Positions 37,401 through 49,544 of a stretch of DNA of 64,000 bases are shown here, piece after piece. This DNA comes from Camelus dromedarius. Its lineage: Eukaryota. The notes under the pieces are model-generated. The model did no database searches. It saw nothing but the letters and a program-made list of their open reading frames with translations, and had not been told where the DNA came from. A program made the position numbers and the translations under genes. The stretch's first letter is position 1, and the number at the start of each line of letters is the position of its first letter. The stretch covers positions 14,880,001 through 14,944,000 of the forward strand of contig NC_087436.1 in the NCBI RefSeq assembly GCF_036321535.1. The letters are read 5' to 3'.

Positions 37401-38759
37401 TGTACACTCTGTCTTCATTAAACATTTACTAAAGCTTCTGCCACTCCTTTCTTGAGTTCTTCCCTTTCCTTTGTGAGGTGGGTGTTGATACTTCCACTCC
37501 TGGCTCTCTGTTGCCTGTGGAGCCGCACTGGCCTTTGACTGCTCCCTGGCGTCTCCCCCAGTGGCGGCGCTGGCTTTTGTTTGTTCAGGAAGGTCACCAG
37601 GCTGATACGGCTATAAAAAAGTAAGTGAGTGGCTTTCTGCTTTGGATCAGTTTATTAACGCCTTCTCTGTGATTTGTGCTGGTAGTAAATATTATATTCA
37701 TTATGAACAATCATTCAACTGGCCATTCCTTCTCAGGTCCTCAGCTACCTTGTCTACAAAACAAGAGGGGTGGAGTAAATGATTATTAAGGTCTCTTTCA
37801 GCTTGAGCCCTGTTGGAGTCCATGAAAATTAAACTCCTCAGGGTAGGTAGGCTATGGGGAGGGGGGGCTGTGAGGCATCCCCCAAGAACTTGGAAATGGG
37901 AAATGTAATTTCCCTCTGAGAGAAGAATTAGGAAGCCAGCCGGTACCAGATCAAAGGAGATATATTCCAAGTCTCCTTACATGGATGGGATGGATTTCAG
38001 ACCAGGGCGGTCTGGATTGACAGTAGGAACATCCCCAGGGACAGAATAGCACGGAGCACCACGGGCATGGAGAAAAAGGAGCTGAGGATGTGAGTGCATG
38101 AAGATTTGTTCCAGATTTGGCCCAGACGAGGCTGGGGGTTGGGGGGCGGGGCCTCCACACATTAGAAGACTCTGGGCTTTGTCTCTGTGGGGGACATGGG
38201 GAAGGGCTTTAGGTCATTAGCACTGGACCCCTAAGCAGGGATGAGAGTCCACATCGTGAACAACCCATGTGGCACAAGCATCAACCAAACAAGAAAGGCT
38301 TCAGCTACAGCTGGAACAGGGACCTAGGATCTCCACCACGCCCAGCATTTATTCTCCAGTGGCTGGGGCATCTGTGGAGTCTCTGTTGTGGGAAGGGCTG
38401 TGAGTGGGAGCATATGAGAGCCTCAGGGCAAAAGTTATTTATCAATCCGCTCAGAATTATTTTAATACTTTAATAACTTACATGTTTGAATCATTCAATT
38501 CATTCTCTCTCTCTCTGATTTCAATTCAACAAGGAACCCCTTGGTTTGAATGTCATTTCCCATGTGTGTGTTTCTACCTGCAGGGAAAGAATGGGTATGA
38601 CTGGTGACATGAGTATAAGATGAATGCATTTTTCAAGGTAAACACAGAAATTTTCTGTTGTAGACATCTCTTGGGAGCCAGATCAAATTGATCATGTGAA
38701 TCCATCTGGATGAGAGAAATCCACTCTTGGCTTGCTGACAAAGTCAACTGTCTCAGTTG

Positions 38760-39758
38760 AAAAACAAACAAACAACGCAATTAAAAATGAGCAGAAAATC
38801 CGAGTAGACATTTTTCCAAAGAAGACATACAGATGGCCAACAGGCACATGGAAAGATACTCAACATCACTATTTTTTTTTAAAAGACACATTTATTCAGC
38901 ATCATGATCAGAATATTATGTTTAGCAATCAACAGTATGGGTGCAAAAAATCATCAGATAAATGCAAATCAAAGCCACAGTGAGATACCACCTCACATTG
39001 GTCAGAATGGCTATCATCAAAAAGGCCACAAATAACAAATGCTGGTGAGGATGTGGAGAAAAGAGAATCTTAGTACACTGTTAATGGGAGGTAAATTGGT
39101 GCAGCCACTGTGGAAAACAGTAGGGAGGCACCTCAAGAAACTAAAAATAGAACTACCATATGCCCCAGCACTTCCACTCCTGGGTTTATATCTGGAGAAA
39201 ATGAAAACATTACTTTGGAAAGACACATGCACCCCAACATTCATAGCAGTGTTATTTACAATTGCCAAGCTATGGAAGCCACCTAAGTGTCCATCAACAG
39301 ACAGATGGATAAAGAAGATGTAGTATGTATACACAATGGAATACTACTCAGCCATAAAGAAGTGTGCATCTTTGCCATTAGCAGTAATATGCATGGACCT
39401 GACTGATACTGTACTAAGTGAAGTAACTCAGAGAAAAACGAATACTGTATATTATCACTTCCGTGTGGAATCTGAAAAATAAACGAATGAATATAACAAT
39501 ACAGAAACAGACTCACAGATGTAGAGAACAAACTAGTGGAAGCAGGGAGGGCAAGATAGGGGTAGGGGATTAAGAGGTACAAACTACTATGTACAAAATA
39601 AATAAGCTATTATGATATATTGCAAAGCACAGGGAATATAGCCACTATTTTGTAATAACTCTAAATAGAGTATAATCTATAAAAATATTGAATCACTTTG
39701 TTGTACACTTGAAACTAATATAATATTATAAATCAACTATACCTCAATTAAAAAAAAA
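38760..39758 (+). mobile_element. L1 ORF2 C-terminus and 3'UTR with poly(A)
   Basis: ORF 39039-39323 (KLVQPLWKTV...LKIELPY...TCTPTFIAVLFTIAK) is L1 ORF2p C-terminus; A-tail at ~39749-39758. Confidence 0.95.
38872..38949 (-). pseudogene. HNRNPA1: ~78-bp processed retrocopy of the HNRNPA1 mRNA 3' end
   Basis: Reverse complement ttttgcacccatactgttgattgctaaacataatattctgatcatgatgctgAATAAAtgtgtctttt plus A9 matches the recalled HNRNPA1 3'UTR end; interrupts the L1 motif catcacta|atcatcag. Confidence 0.8.
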
Positions 39759-39999
39759 GCCCAAACTTGCCCCATGGACCTACCTCTTGGAAATAGCCAG
39801 GCAGCTCCTCTTTCAAACTTAAAATCAGAGATTCTCATTATTTTCCCCCAGGGTCTCTAGATGAATTTCCACAACATGTAAAAATTCAACTGTAAACAGG
39901 TAAACATGATGCAGTGGTCTTCTGTGTGTGTGTGTGTGTTATTTCAGTAACACTAAATTTATTTTCAGGTAAAGTCTCACCAGGGTCTCCAAGCTCCAG

Positions 40000-41330
40000 G
40001 TAAGTATATCCACATGCCGGCATCTCTATCTGGGTGACAGTAGGCCCCTTAAACTTGAGATGTCTAAATAGAATTGCCAATGTCCTCCTCTCCTCTACAC
40101 CTGCTCCTCTATTCCTGTTCAGGCCCCCAAACCTAAAATCAGTCTCGGGTTCTCTCTTCTCAAACTCCAGCTTCCACCTACAAACTAGATTGAGAAGCCC
40201 ATCACTTCCAAGCCAGGGTCCCCACACCTGAAACCTTGCTCCCAGCCCCCACCCCTCTTACCTGGAAGTATTACTGCCTTAGCCTTGGCCTTGGCCTTGT
40301 AATAGGTCTTCCTGCTTCCACTTCTGTTTCTGTGAAGTCATATGTTGAAACATGTGGCTGGATCATGATTTCTCCCTGTTCAGGGCTCCAACATTCCCCA
40401 TCATCCTCGGAGGAAAATTCACACTCTTTACTGGGGTCCGCCATCTGGTTTTCTGGCCCCTTGAGGACTGAACCACTCTCCACCCCCACTCTTTTGGCTC
40501 CAAACCCACTGGACTTACTGGCGTTCCTCAAATGTGCCAAGCTTGTTCTCTGCTTTGCCTTCTCCATGGCCCCTGCTTAGAATCATGGGTACCCTTGACT
40601 TTGGACAGCTCACTTCCTCACGCCAATCACGCCATTGCCCAAGTGACCCCTCAGGGAGGTTACCCTCCCCAGCTGCCTCACTCCTGCTCTCCGGAACCTC
40701 GGTGAGCACTGTGGAGTGGATGTTGTGCGGTGCCACCAGCACCCCGTTCAGGACTGAGAGGCACACGTTGCCTTGGCCGCTGGGAGTGTCAGCTGCCGAC
40801 AGCTCACACCTGAGGCACTTGCCAGGCATCAGCCAAGGAAACTGCCTCACCCACATTTTACGCCCACTCTCTGGAGAAGCCTGTATCCAGTGGCTCCTCA
40901 CGTGGGGGTAAAACTGCTCAGTCCCCTGGTCTCAGCTGAGCCCACTCTGCTTACTGGCCCAAGCTCCAGAGCCCCCCACACCCGAAGGACCGGGTGAGGT
41001 TTCTGCTGCAAGGGCATCACAGTTCAGCTTCTCTCTCTGCCCACCCTGCACCCCCACGCCTCACACAAGTCATTTCTGAGAGCACTCCCCCAAGACCTCC
41101 TGCAAATCTCCGCCTCGGAGTCCACTTCCTATAGAACCTGACCTACAGGCCACTACCTAGAACTCTGTGTTTGTTAACTTCCTTGTTTCTTTCCTTTTTG
41201 TCCAACTGAGATTTAAGTTCCATAAGGGCCAGGACATTGTCTGTCTCTTTCGCCTCTGTATCCTACCCAGATGCTTAGCAACGTGCCTGACATTCAATAC
41301 AAGTTCAGTAAATACTGAATGAGTGAATGG
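40000..41330 (+). mobile_element. L2 LINE (40000-40700, 41150-41330) split by LTR16
   Basis: taataggtcttcctgcttcc and cactggacttactggcgttcctcaaa motifs; 3' end gttcagtaaatactgaatgagtgaatg. Confidence 0.7.
40710..41148 (+). mobile_element. LTR16C-like ERVL LTR
   Basis: gtggatgttgtgcggtgccacc...ttcaggactgag...gcaaatctccgcctcggagtccacttcctatagaacctgacct. Confidence 0.75.
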
Positions 41331-41878
41331 ACATGACTGCAGTATATATAATAGAAAAAAGTGAAACTGCCTTTTTGAAGTTGGGGGTTTGAGGGGAAAG
41401 AATGGAAAGTGCTGCCCCCTGCCACTCCCATCACCCCATCACTTGAGAAGGACCTGAGGCACCTCGCAGTCACTTAGGGCAGAGCTGATTTGGGAATCAG
41501 ACAGTCGAGGTTCACGGCATTGCTTCACCACCAAGAAGCCCTTCAATTTGTCTCCTCGAGTCAAGACTTGGCCGTGCAGGGACTTCGGCTCACACAGCTG
41601 GGAGGAGGAGCCCACACTGTGCTCTGGGGAAAGAAACAAGGAGCGTGGGAAAAACAGAAGCGGCCCCAACTCCCTGATGCCGGAGAGAAATCCTAGGGAT
41701 GTGGAAAAGACCCTAGGAGGTGGAGTGCCCCCAGTGAGCTTTGGGGCTGGAGGGCTGACCTCAGACTCTGGAACCCCAAGTCAGGGGTCCCCTTTTCACA
41801 ATGGTGCCCAGAAGGGAGACTACTTGGGACCTTCTACGGGGTTAATCCTTTGTTTCCCTAGAATGCCCAGGAAGCCAT

Positions 41879-41925
41879 GGACCCTGGTCACACCGGGACC
41901 CTGGTGACACCAGGACCCTGGTGAC
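41879..41925. repeat. 17-bp tandem repeat, 2.8 copies
   Basis: ggaccctggtcacaccg / ggaccctggtgacacca / ggaccctggtgac. Confidence 0.9.
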
Positions 41926-43159
41926 GATGCATTTTCTCCTGAGCCTTTACAGTAAGTCTCTTTCTCTCTTTCCAGTATTGGAATTCCCTGGAATGTTCAA
42001 GACGTAATCACCAGAAGGACGTAAAGGCTATTTCTAGGGCAAAGAAGGTGACGGAGATGGTTTCATGCATGTCTACATTGCCTGTCTGTTCCCTCTTGGT
42101 CCTTTCCGCATTACTTCCACGTCTGATTTTCTCCATTCTAATATGTATTTTGGACAGAGACAAGGACAAACTTTAGAGCTCCTGACTTTTCACCTGGGCA
42201 GAAACACTCTGAGTTGGGACTGGATCTCACTGGGAAACCTTCCCCCTGAAACCAGGAGGGGTATGTGGCCAGGTGGGCTGGCAGATTCCTGCCAGGTGAG
42301 GCCCCCTGGGTCCCCCAAGAGGGTTAGCCAAGCCCTGCTCGCACCAGCCCGAAAGGAGAGGACCTCCCAGGGCGGCCTCGGGCAGAACTGGCTGTTGGAG
42401 GAGCTGTAGCTTGAATTTTACTTCCTCCAGATGAGCCAGAACAAATTCTGCTCCCCAGTCCCTAGGAAGAGATCCCAGGATTATCCAGCCATTTTTCCTC
42501 CCCTGAAGTCTTTTCATAGAGCAAATAGGACAGTTACCCAGAGACAACCCAGCAAATGTCCAGCAGACTTTGAGACACTCTGGAAACATCCCCTGGGCCT
42601 GGGCTGGCTCATTGCTCACTGAGAGGACCAGGCCCAGCTCCCTCTGCAGGTTGATGCTGGCCTGGAGGCAGGAGTGTCCATGAAGGATGCAGAGCAACAG
42701 TGGCTGAGCTCAACGGAGGGCATCAGTGCCCGGGAGCCAGCCAGAGAGCACAGATCCCTTCCCTGGCACCATGGAGGCCACACACCCAGCCTAGGGGAAC
42801 CCTCTGAGGATCTCAGGGCCACACACCACCGGCCTAAGTACAGGCAGTGCCGGACACCCGTCTTAGCAAATGATGAGCAAACATCCTTGTCGGAAAGAGA
42901 TCATGCCTTGTGACCGCAGGGCTCAGTCTCATCACTGTTCTAAAGAACAAATCCATTACTGGCACATAATGTCCTCATCAGGATCAGGACAGGCCCCAGG
43001 CTCCATTCCTGGCCCGACACTTAGTTTGGTGACTTTGTAATGTTGAACAAATCCGCCCACTTTTTAAAAATTAAAAATAATGTTTTTAAGACTTAGGATT
43101 TAGAATCTGCATTTGTTCAAAATAGTATAACAATGGCAGTTACTACCATTATTCTGGGA

Positions 43160-43256
43160 TGCCCTTGAAGGGCCAGGCACTGTTCTAGGAGCTAGAAAAA
43201 TAGTGGTCAGCAAGCAGACAAATGTGTACTCTTCACTCTTCATGGAGCTTGTAGTT
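43160..43256 (-). mobile_element. L2 3' fragment
   Basis: gccaggcactgttctaggagctag...cttcatggagcttgtagt. Confidence 0.65.
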
Positions 43257-43351
43257 AATAATCTTCGGATGGGGAATACTGTCTCCATTCTACACCCCAG
43301 GTCATTAAATTTTGCGAACTTCACTTATGGCATGTGAAGTACTTGCTATGA

Positions 43352-43933
43352 TGTGTCTGTTACTAAGTCATTGTCTCTTAGCTCAGTCCCCACCTTGGTA
43401 TGAGACTTGTGATGCTGGAGCAGGACTCAAGTTTATTTTGCCTTTGCCAGTTGCTTCTGGTAGGTTCTACCAATAGGGGGCACTAGAGAGAGAGAGCTGG
43501 GAGCTGGATCAGAAGAGAAGAGACTTGCAGCCTCATGGGGGATTTCTGAGGGTTTTCTTGCTGCTTCTGTTCAGTGGTTGCTATTTGTTCTTGTAGCAGC
43601 GGCGGGAGTCCAGTTTGTGTATTTCCCAATGCATGCAGAAGCAGCCTCAGGGCACTCCTTCTGAGACTCGAGCGCCAGGGGAGCAGCGCCTCCTTTTCCG
43701 TGATTGGAGCCCCAGCTCGGCAGAGTCTCTCCTCCAAAAGTCTAGTCCTAATTCTGACTCTCTGTTCCCCCAGGCCAGAGGGGTAGTCTCTTCCTAAAGT
43801 TGCTACCTTCAGGATGCCTTAGTATTCTTTTACTATTCTTTCCATTTTCTAGTTAACAATTCTTCATTTGAAAGCCTCCCAGTCACAATAACTGGTGTGG
43901 TTCCTGTTTCCAGACCAGACCTTGCCATATGCA
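43352..43933 (+). mobile_element. LTR41-family ERVL LTR
   Basis: ttgtgatgctggagcaggact...tttgccagttgcttctggtaggttctaccaatagggggcactagag; end aataactggtgtggttcctgtttcc. Confidence 0.8.
43467..43486 (+). promoter_or_regulatory. CTCF-like motif within LTR41
   Basis: ctaCCAATAGGGGGCACtag has one mismatch to CCASYAGRKGGCRS. Confidence 0.6.
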
Positions 43934-44214
43934 CTGTGGTCGCTCAGCTGAGAAGGTAACAGAGTCCAAGCTCAGATGCTGGTCCTACTGACTCCAAGCA
44001 TCTGCTCCACCTGCCGATGATGCCTGGCTGCAGGTCCGTAGAGGGAGGGGTGAGTAACCTCTGACCACCGAGCCCCCTAAGAAGACCTGGCTCACCCTTC
44101 ATGACAGAGAAGGAAGACTGCGTCCAGGTGGTCACTCTCCAGGGAATGGGTACTCTCTGCTGAAAAAAATGATGACAGTCTGCAACTTTCTCTTTGCCTG
44201 GACATGCCTCTTCT

Positions 44215-44748
44215 GAGGGCAGCTGGTGGCACCCTACACAGTGCTACCCACAGCCATCTCCTTGCTTCTTTCCTGTCGATGAGTCCTAGGATTTAGGTCA
44301 GGTCTCTTGGTTCTGGGCAAAGTAGACTCACTCCCCAAGCCCAGGGAATGAATCATGATTGGTCTAAGCCAACCACGGTTGTCTCTCTCCCCTTTGCCGA
44401 TGATTGAGCATGTGACTTGGTTCTAGCCAACGACACAGAAAGACAGAAAGAAATGAGACAGAAAGGGAAATCTAAGGGGGCTTCCCTTCCGTGAGGGGCA
44501 AGTTACCACCCTATCCTGTCCCTTCTTGCTTGGAGCTCCAGCAGCCATTTTGGGACCAGGAGGCAACACTATTAAGAATGAAAAGCAAACAGCTAAGGGC
44601 AGCAAAGCCAAGAATTAGAGATTCCCCGTGGCACTCCACAGTCCCGGATTCTCCTTTTGCATGGAATGACTAAGTGTTTCGGTTGCTTATGCTGCTAGTA
44701 GTCGCTGGGTTTTCTGCTGTTGCAACCAAAGGCATTCCCGCTGATACA
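44215..44748 (+). mobile_element. MLT1J/K-like MaLR LTR
   Basis: gaatcatgattggtctaagcca and gcagccattttgggacca motifs; end ttgcaaccaaaggcattcccgctgataca. Confidence 0.8.
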
Positions 44749-45840
44749 AAATAACCATTCCTAAACCACAGTCACAGCCACCCCATCAGTGCCTGCTCAG
44801 CCCTCGCCCTTTTCTGGGGTGGCTGCTGCGTTCTGCACCCCAGAAAAAGCAGTCCCTGTCCCAACAGTGGTGGCCACTGGTTGCCCGGCAGTGGTGACCC
44901 CGGTAACCCGCACCCCCATACACACACTGTGCTGTCTGAAGCTGGGCATCCGGCACAGCTCTCAGAGCAGAAGGGCGTATAAATAAAATGCCTTAGGCTT
45001 TGTGGGCAAGTCAATAATTATTCAGCCCAGCAGAGCAGTGTTGGAGACAGGAAGGCACGAGGAGACTGTAAAATGTCTTCTGTGCTGAAGTTCAAAATTG
45101 CACTGGAGGGAAGGGGTTTCTGTGCACTCTCTCAGCCAAACAATCCAAGGCACAGCTGAGCTTTGGAGCTCCTGGGAAGGAAAGAAGGCTGGGTCAATCC
45201 GATGAACTAGGACAAGGACAGAGCAGAAATGAGGCCAGGCCAGCGGACACGTGGCAACAGCCAAGCTCTGGACACAGCTGTCACCTGCGGTCTCCAACAT
45301 AGACCATCTCTGTGTCTCCAGGGACCGCTCATCCCTCTTGGCTTAGAGGATCCCATGGGAGAACCCACTCTAAGTGCGGCAATTGTGGGGTTGGGGTCAT
45401 GATCAAGTCCTTTGGAGGGGTGTTTGCGGGAGTCTGATGGAAAGCTCACTCCCGCAGATGTCTTGGACCCCCTGACCCCCCTTCTCCCTGCCATGTCACA
45501 TTTCCTGCGTTCCATTGATTTTTGTGCTCTCGTCTGCACTGTTGCATCCTTCCTTGTCTTCCCATTTTTCATCTCTCTCCCTCTTCCCCAGCCTTCACAC
45601 AGCCATCTGTTATTTCCTTCAGGCAAGATGGACGAGTCTCCTCTGTTCTCAGAACTTTCACGAGTCTCCTCTCTCCTCAGAACTTTCAAATCTCCCCCTG
45701 GACCACTGAATCAGTCCCCAAATCTGTTGCGTGATATATTAAAGCCTCTCCTCTCTGCCCTCAAGTGTTTAGCCTCATCTTGCTCTCTCCTTCGTATGTA
45801 TACAGTGTATGCTCAACGGAGATGATTCTCCCAACTGTGG

Positions 45841-45942
45841 TCTTTCTTTTCTTTTCTTTTTTTAATGGAGGTACTGGGGATTGAACCCAGGACCTTGTGC
45901 ATGCTAAGCACACACTCTACCACTGAGCTATACCTCCACCCC
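45841..45942 (-). mobile_element. camelid vic-1-like SINE, short form
   Basis: T-rich tail, ggaggtactggggattgaacccaggaccttgtgcatgctaagcacacactctaccactgagctatacc. Confidence 0.92.
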
Positions 45943-46178
45943 CGCTCCAGGCCTTTTCTTAGTCTATTCTCTCTTCCAGTGATGCCGTCTCTCTTTACCA
46001 CCAGGAAGAATCTCATCGAATCCATCGGGGTCATCTTACATGCCTCCTCCGTTTCCTTCAATCTCTGCTATTCTCACTGGGAGAGAGCTTTCTTGCATTT
46101 GGATCCTTGTAACCATTTATCTTCATTGCACTAGAATGATTTCCTATTTCGTGGATGATTTTTTTCCCCTTTCTCTTA

Positions 46179-46380
46179 CAGTGGTTCTCAACCCGGGGCT
46201 CATTCCCCATCTCTACCCCAGGTGTATTTGGCAAAGTCTGAAGACTTTCTTGGTTGTCACCCTAGGAGGGTGCTACTGGCGTCTGGGGGTAGAGGCCAGG
46301 GGCACTGCCATAAACATCCCACCACACATGGGGCAGCCCCCCACGATACAGGATCATCCAGCCAATGTTGAGACACACTG
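46179..46380 (+). mobile_element. MER20
   Basis: cagtggttctcaacccgggg...ttggttgtcac...gggtagaggccagg...gttgagacacactg. Confidence 0.85.
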
Positions 46381-47319
46381 CGTTAGATTATAAGCTTCCT
46401 GAAAGGGGGAACCATACTTCCTATTCTTTTTATTCTCCAGAGTAGCCAGCTTTGAAACAGAGTCTTGTTCAATTATTTTAAATGAAGGCAATCAATATTT
46501 AATATACATTTGCATATCTCATTTTGAGTCCAGGTGTATGTGCCTACTGCCCAAAGGTGATCCCTTGCCGGCATTTCCCACTTACTATTCCTGTGAGCAC
46601 GTAGTCGCGGGTGGCCATGGTGCCCCTTCATCACTGATGCTCTCTGAGTCTCTCCCTGCATTGCAGGACCCCACAGAGCAAAGTCCCAGCCGATGTTCCC
46701 TCCGCTCCTTGGAGAAGCTCCTTCACTAAGCTGTGCTTTAATCTCTTGCCTTCCGTTTTCAGAGAGGGTCAGTGAAAGAGGGGCTCTATTGAGCGGTGAT
46801 CTAACTCTTCTGCAGAATTTCAGTGAGCACCGTTTCATACGCTCGCTGCACTGGAAGATGACTTTAATGCAGCCCCTTCGGTTTATAGATGACAAGAGTA
46901 ACTTTCTCCGGGTTATTCAATGTCCTTTATCCAAGGACCTACTTGATGAATTCTTACCTAAGTTTAATTCCAGGAAAACATTTTGCCTTGGTAGATGACT
47001 ATGTATGCTATATATTGTCAAGGAAATAAAACTCTATGCAACCCAATATGCTTCTCTTTTTTGGCTTAGCTGTCAGAAAAGCTAGAACCAAATTCAATAT
47101 CCAAGTGTTAGAATCTGCTCAGCTCAGGTGTCTGAAAACATCTATTTCTTTTGCTTTTCTTCAGCCGGAAGGAGGGTTATCCTTAAATGCCTTCTCTTGC
47201 ACAGTGCCTTAATCTCTATGCCGCCTCCAGTCTTTGGGAAGTAAGTAGGATACAGATCTTCACTTAGAGAAACAAAAACTTTTCCATGTTATTCCGAGCC
47301 ATCATCTGCAGTTGGGCGC

Positions 47320-47520
47320 AGAGGACCAGGGCTCTGGGGTGTGGGCTGCCTGGGTTAGAATTCCAGCTCTGTCCTTACCATCTGTGTATCCTTGGGCTTA
47401 ACCCCTCTTGGAATAAGAAGAGCTATCGCATAGGGCTGTTGAAAGGATCATATAAGAAATGATACATCAAAGCAGGCACCTTCCTATGTCTGGCCCGGAA
47501 TGGGTGCTTTATACGTACAT
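47320..47520 (+). mobile_element. MIR SINE
   Basis: gggctctgggg...gctgcctgggttagaattccagctctg...catagggctgttgaaaggat. Confidence 0.75.
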
Positions 47521-48314
47521 TTCTGCTTCGATGTCCAGCCTTGGTGATAAAGTCCAGCTTTGTATTCACTCTCACTAGTGTCTGTATCAGCCCCTCTTCA
47601 GTAATACTAACAATTTTACACTTTAAAGGCGGTTCTTAGAGCCACCATTTACCTTCCCCTTTAAAGCGAAGGTCCTTGATATAAAGTAAAATCTCTCCGT
47701 TCCTGCGATTGTAAAGTTATGTAGCCAACAGCACGACACTCCGCTCAGGATCCTTTAATTGGCCGTGCGGTTGCTATTTTCAGTGCTCGCCACGGTTTGT
47801 TTTTCTGCCAAGGGACAAGGCTTATGGTTGGCCTGGAGGTTTCATGTTGTAAGTAGAAGGAATATGGCCCAAAAAGGCCACTTGTTCTTCTTGCCTTAGG
47901 ATGGGATGAATTTAGAAATCAATGAAGAATACCAAATATTCTACATGTCTTTTCCATTAACCAGTTTCCCATTTGTGTAGGAGCTCGGAGACCCTGAAAA
48001 AGTTTTAAAAAACAGTACAATCCCTTTGGGGGGAAAAAAAAAAAGCTTCAATTTTTAGAGGAGTTTGATTCTCACAACTTTCAATGAAGAGAGTGAAGGA
48101 ACGGAGGCTCCCGGAGATGCCAGGGTCTGTCCTGATCCCAGGGCTGCAGGTAAACGCCCCCGGGTTGGGCGGGGCTGCTGCAGTCTTCATGTGACCACTT
48201 GGCACTCTTGTCCCACGCTCCTGAAACGACTAAGACTAAGACCCAATTCCAGAGAGCTTACATTCTTTACTGAGTCGAGAGGAAGGGACTTGGGATGAAA
48301 GTTGGTAAACCTTC

Positions 48315-48535
48315 CAGAGCTGTGTCATCCAACACGGTAATCCCCGGCCACATGTGCCGCTTTAAATGGAAATTTGTGTTAGATACAAGGAAAGAAGATT
48401 ACACATCCAGTTCCTTGGTTTCACCAGCCACATTTCAAAGGCTCAGTAGCTGCGTGTGGCTAGTGGTGCCCATCACGGGCAGCCCAGAGGCAGGTGGTTT
48501 TATCACCACAGGAAGAGCCATTCAACATTTGTTCT
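48315..48535 (-). mobile_element. MER3-like DNA transposon
   Basis: ccagccacatttcaaaggctcagtagctgcgtgtggctagtgg. Confidence 0.7.
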
Positions 48536-49544
48536 AGAGCCATTTTCTGCTCACGTGGGGATTGATGTAACACAGAGGCAGAAGGCACATCAACTCTTTA
48601 TTGAAAACAAAGTATGTTCTTTCCAAAGGAGGGACTTTGCAACAGGGCGTCTCGGTGGTGCCCCCCCACCCCAAGCCCAGGTCTACCTGTTTGGGCGTCT
48701 GCGTGCTTTGCGCTAGGGATCTCCCACGCTGTTGGTTGCAGAGAGCTCCAGGCAGCAGGGAGCCCTGGGAGTGGTCGGCAGCTGTCCTTCACTCCACATG
48801 GAAGTGTGCATTCAGGGATGTGACTTACTCAGTCGCCCCGGGACGATCTCAAAACCCTCAAGGAAATGTTGCCCTGAAACCATGTACTCTCTCGAATGGG
48901 GGTCCCCTTCCGGCACGGCCCCTGGAAAGAAGCCCCAGTATCCACCCCAAACAGAAAGAGCGAGGGATCTTTCGGTGTCTGAAAGGCCCAACTTGCTCTA
49001 TGTTTGCTCCTATTTGTATACTGATTTAGAGAAATTAAAGTGTCCAGCTGGGCTGTTAGGTGCTTACGTCATTTCTACCCTCCCAGGGAGGGCTCTCCTT
49101 TATCTATCTCGGTGCATATAAACATAAAAAACAAAATGCTCTCGCTGTTGTCTCCTGTGTGTCCCTGAATCCAGCTGACCTTGACTTTCCTTAATTCTCT
49201 GCTTCTCTGGAGGCTTTGGCACGGGCACAGATCCCTCCCTGAAGCACCCGCATGCTGCCTTTGAAGCTCAGAACAATCTTTTTTCCTGGTCCCAAAATAG
49301 TGCCTCTGTGATTACCCCTGATGCCCTGTCGTCATTATCCCAGGTTTCTGGCTCTGCTTCTTATCCAGATAGCGTCTGGCACATGGAACATTGTGTCTTT
49401 TTTGCCCCTAATTTCACACTTTTCCCTGTGTTCTTTGCTAATAATAACCAGACCATCACCTTCCATTGGCCCTTACCATGTGCCAGAAACAGTGGTGAGT
49501 GCTTTATAGGTGCCATCTAAATTTAATCTTACCACCCCCACAGC

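Noticed and set aside
39039..39323. 94-aa ORF with protein-like composition
   Set aside because: L1 ORF2p C-terminal remnant, not a host gene.
41879..41925. Short direct repeats as CRISPR-like or collagen-like sequence
   Set aside because: No unique spacers, eukaryotic context, and the 17-bp period is not a multiple of three.
45865..45942. tRNA gene look-alike (A and B boxes)
   Set aside because: Four dispersed copies with A-tails, two with clear TSDs; these are SINEs, not tRNA genes.
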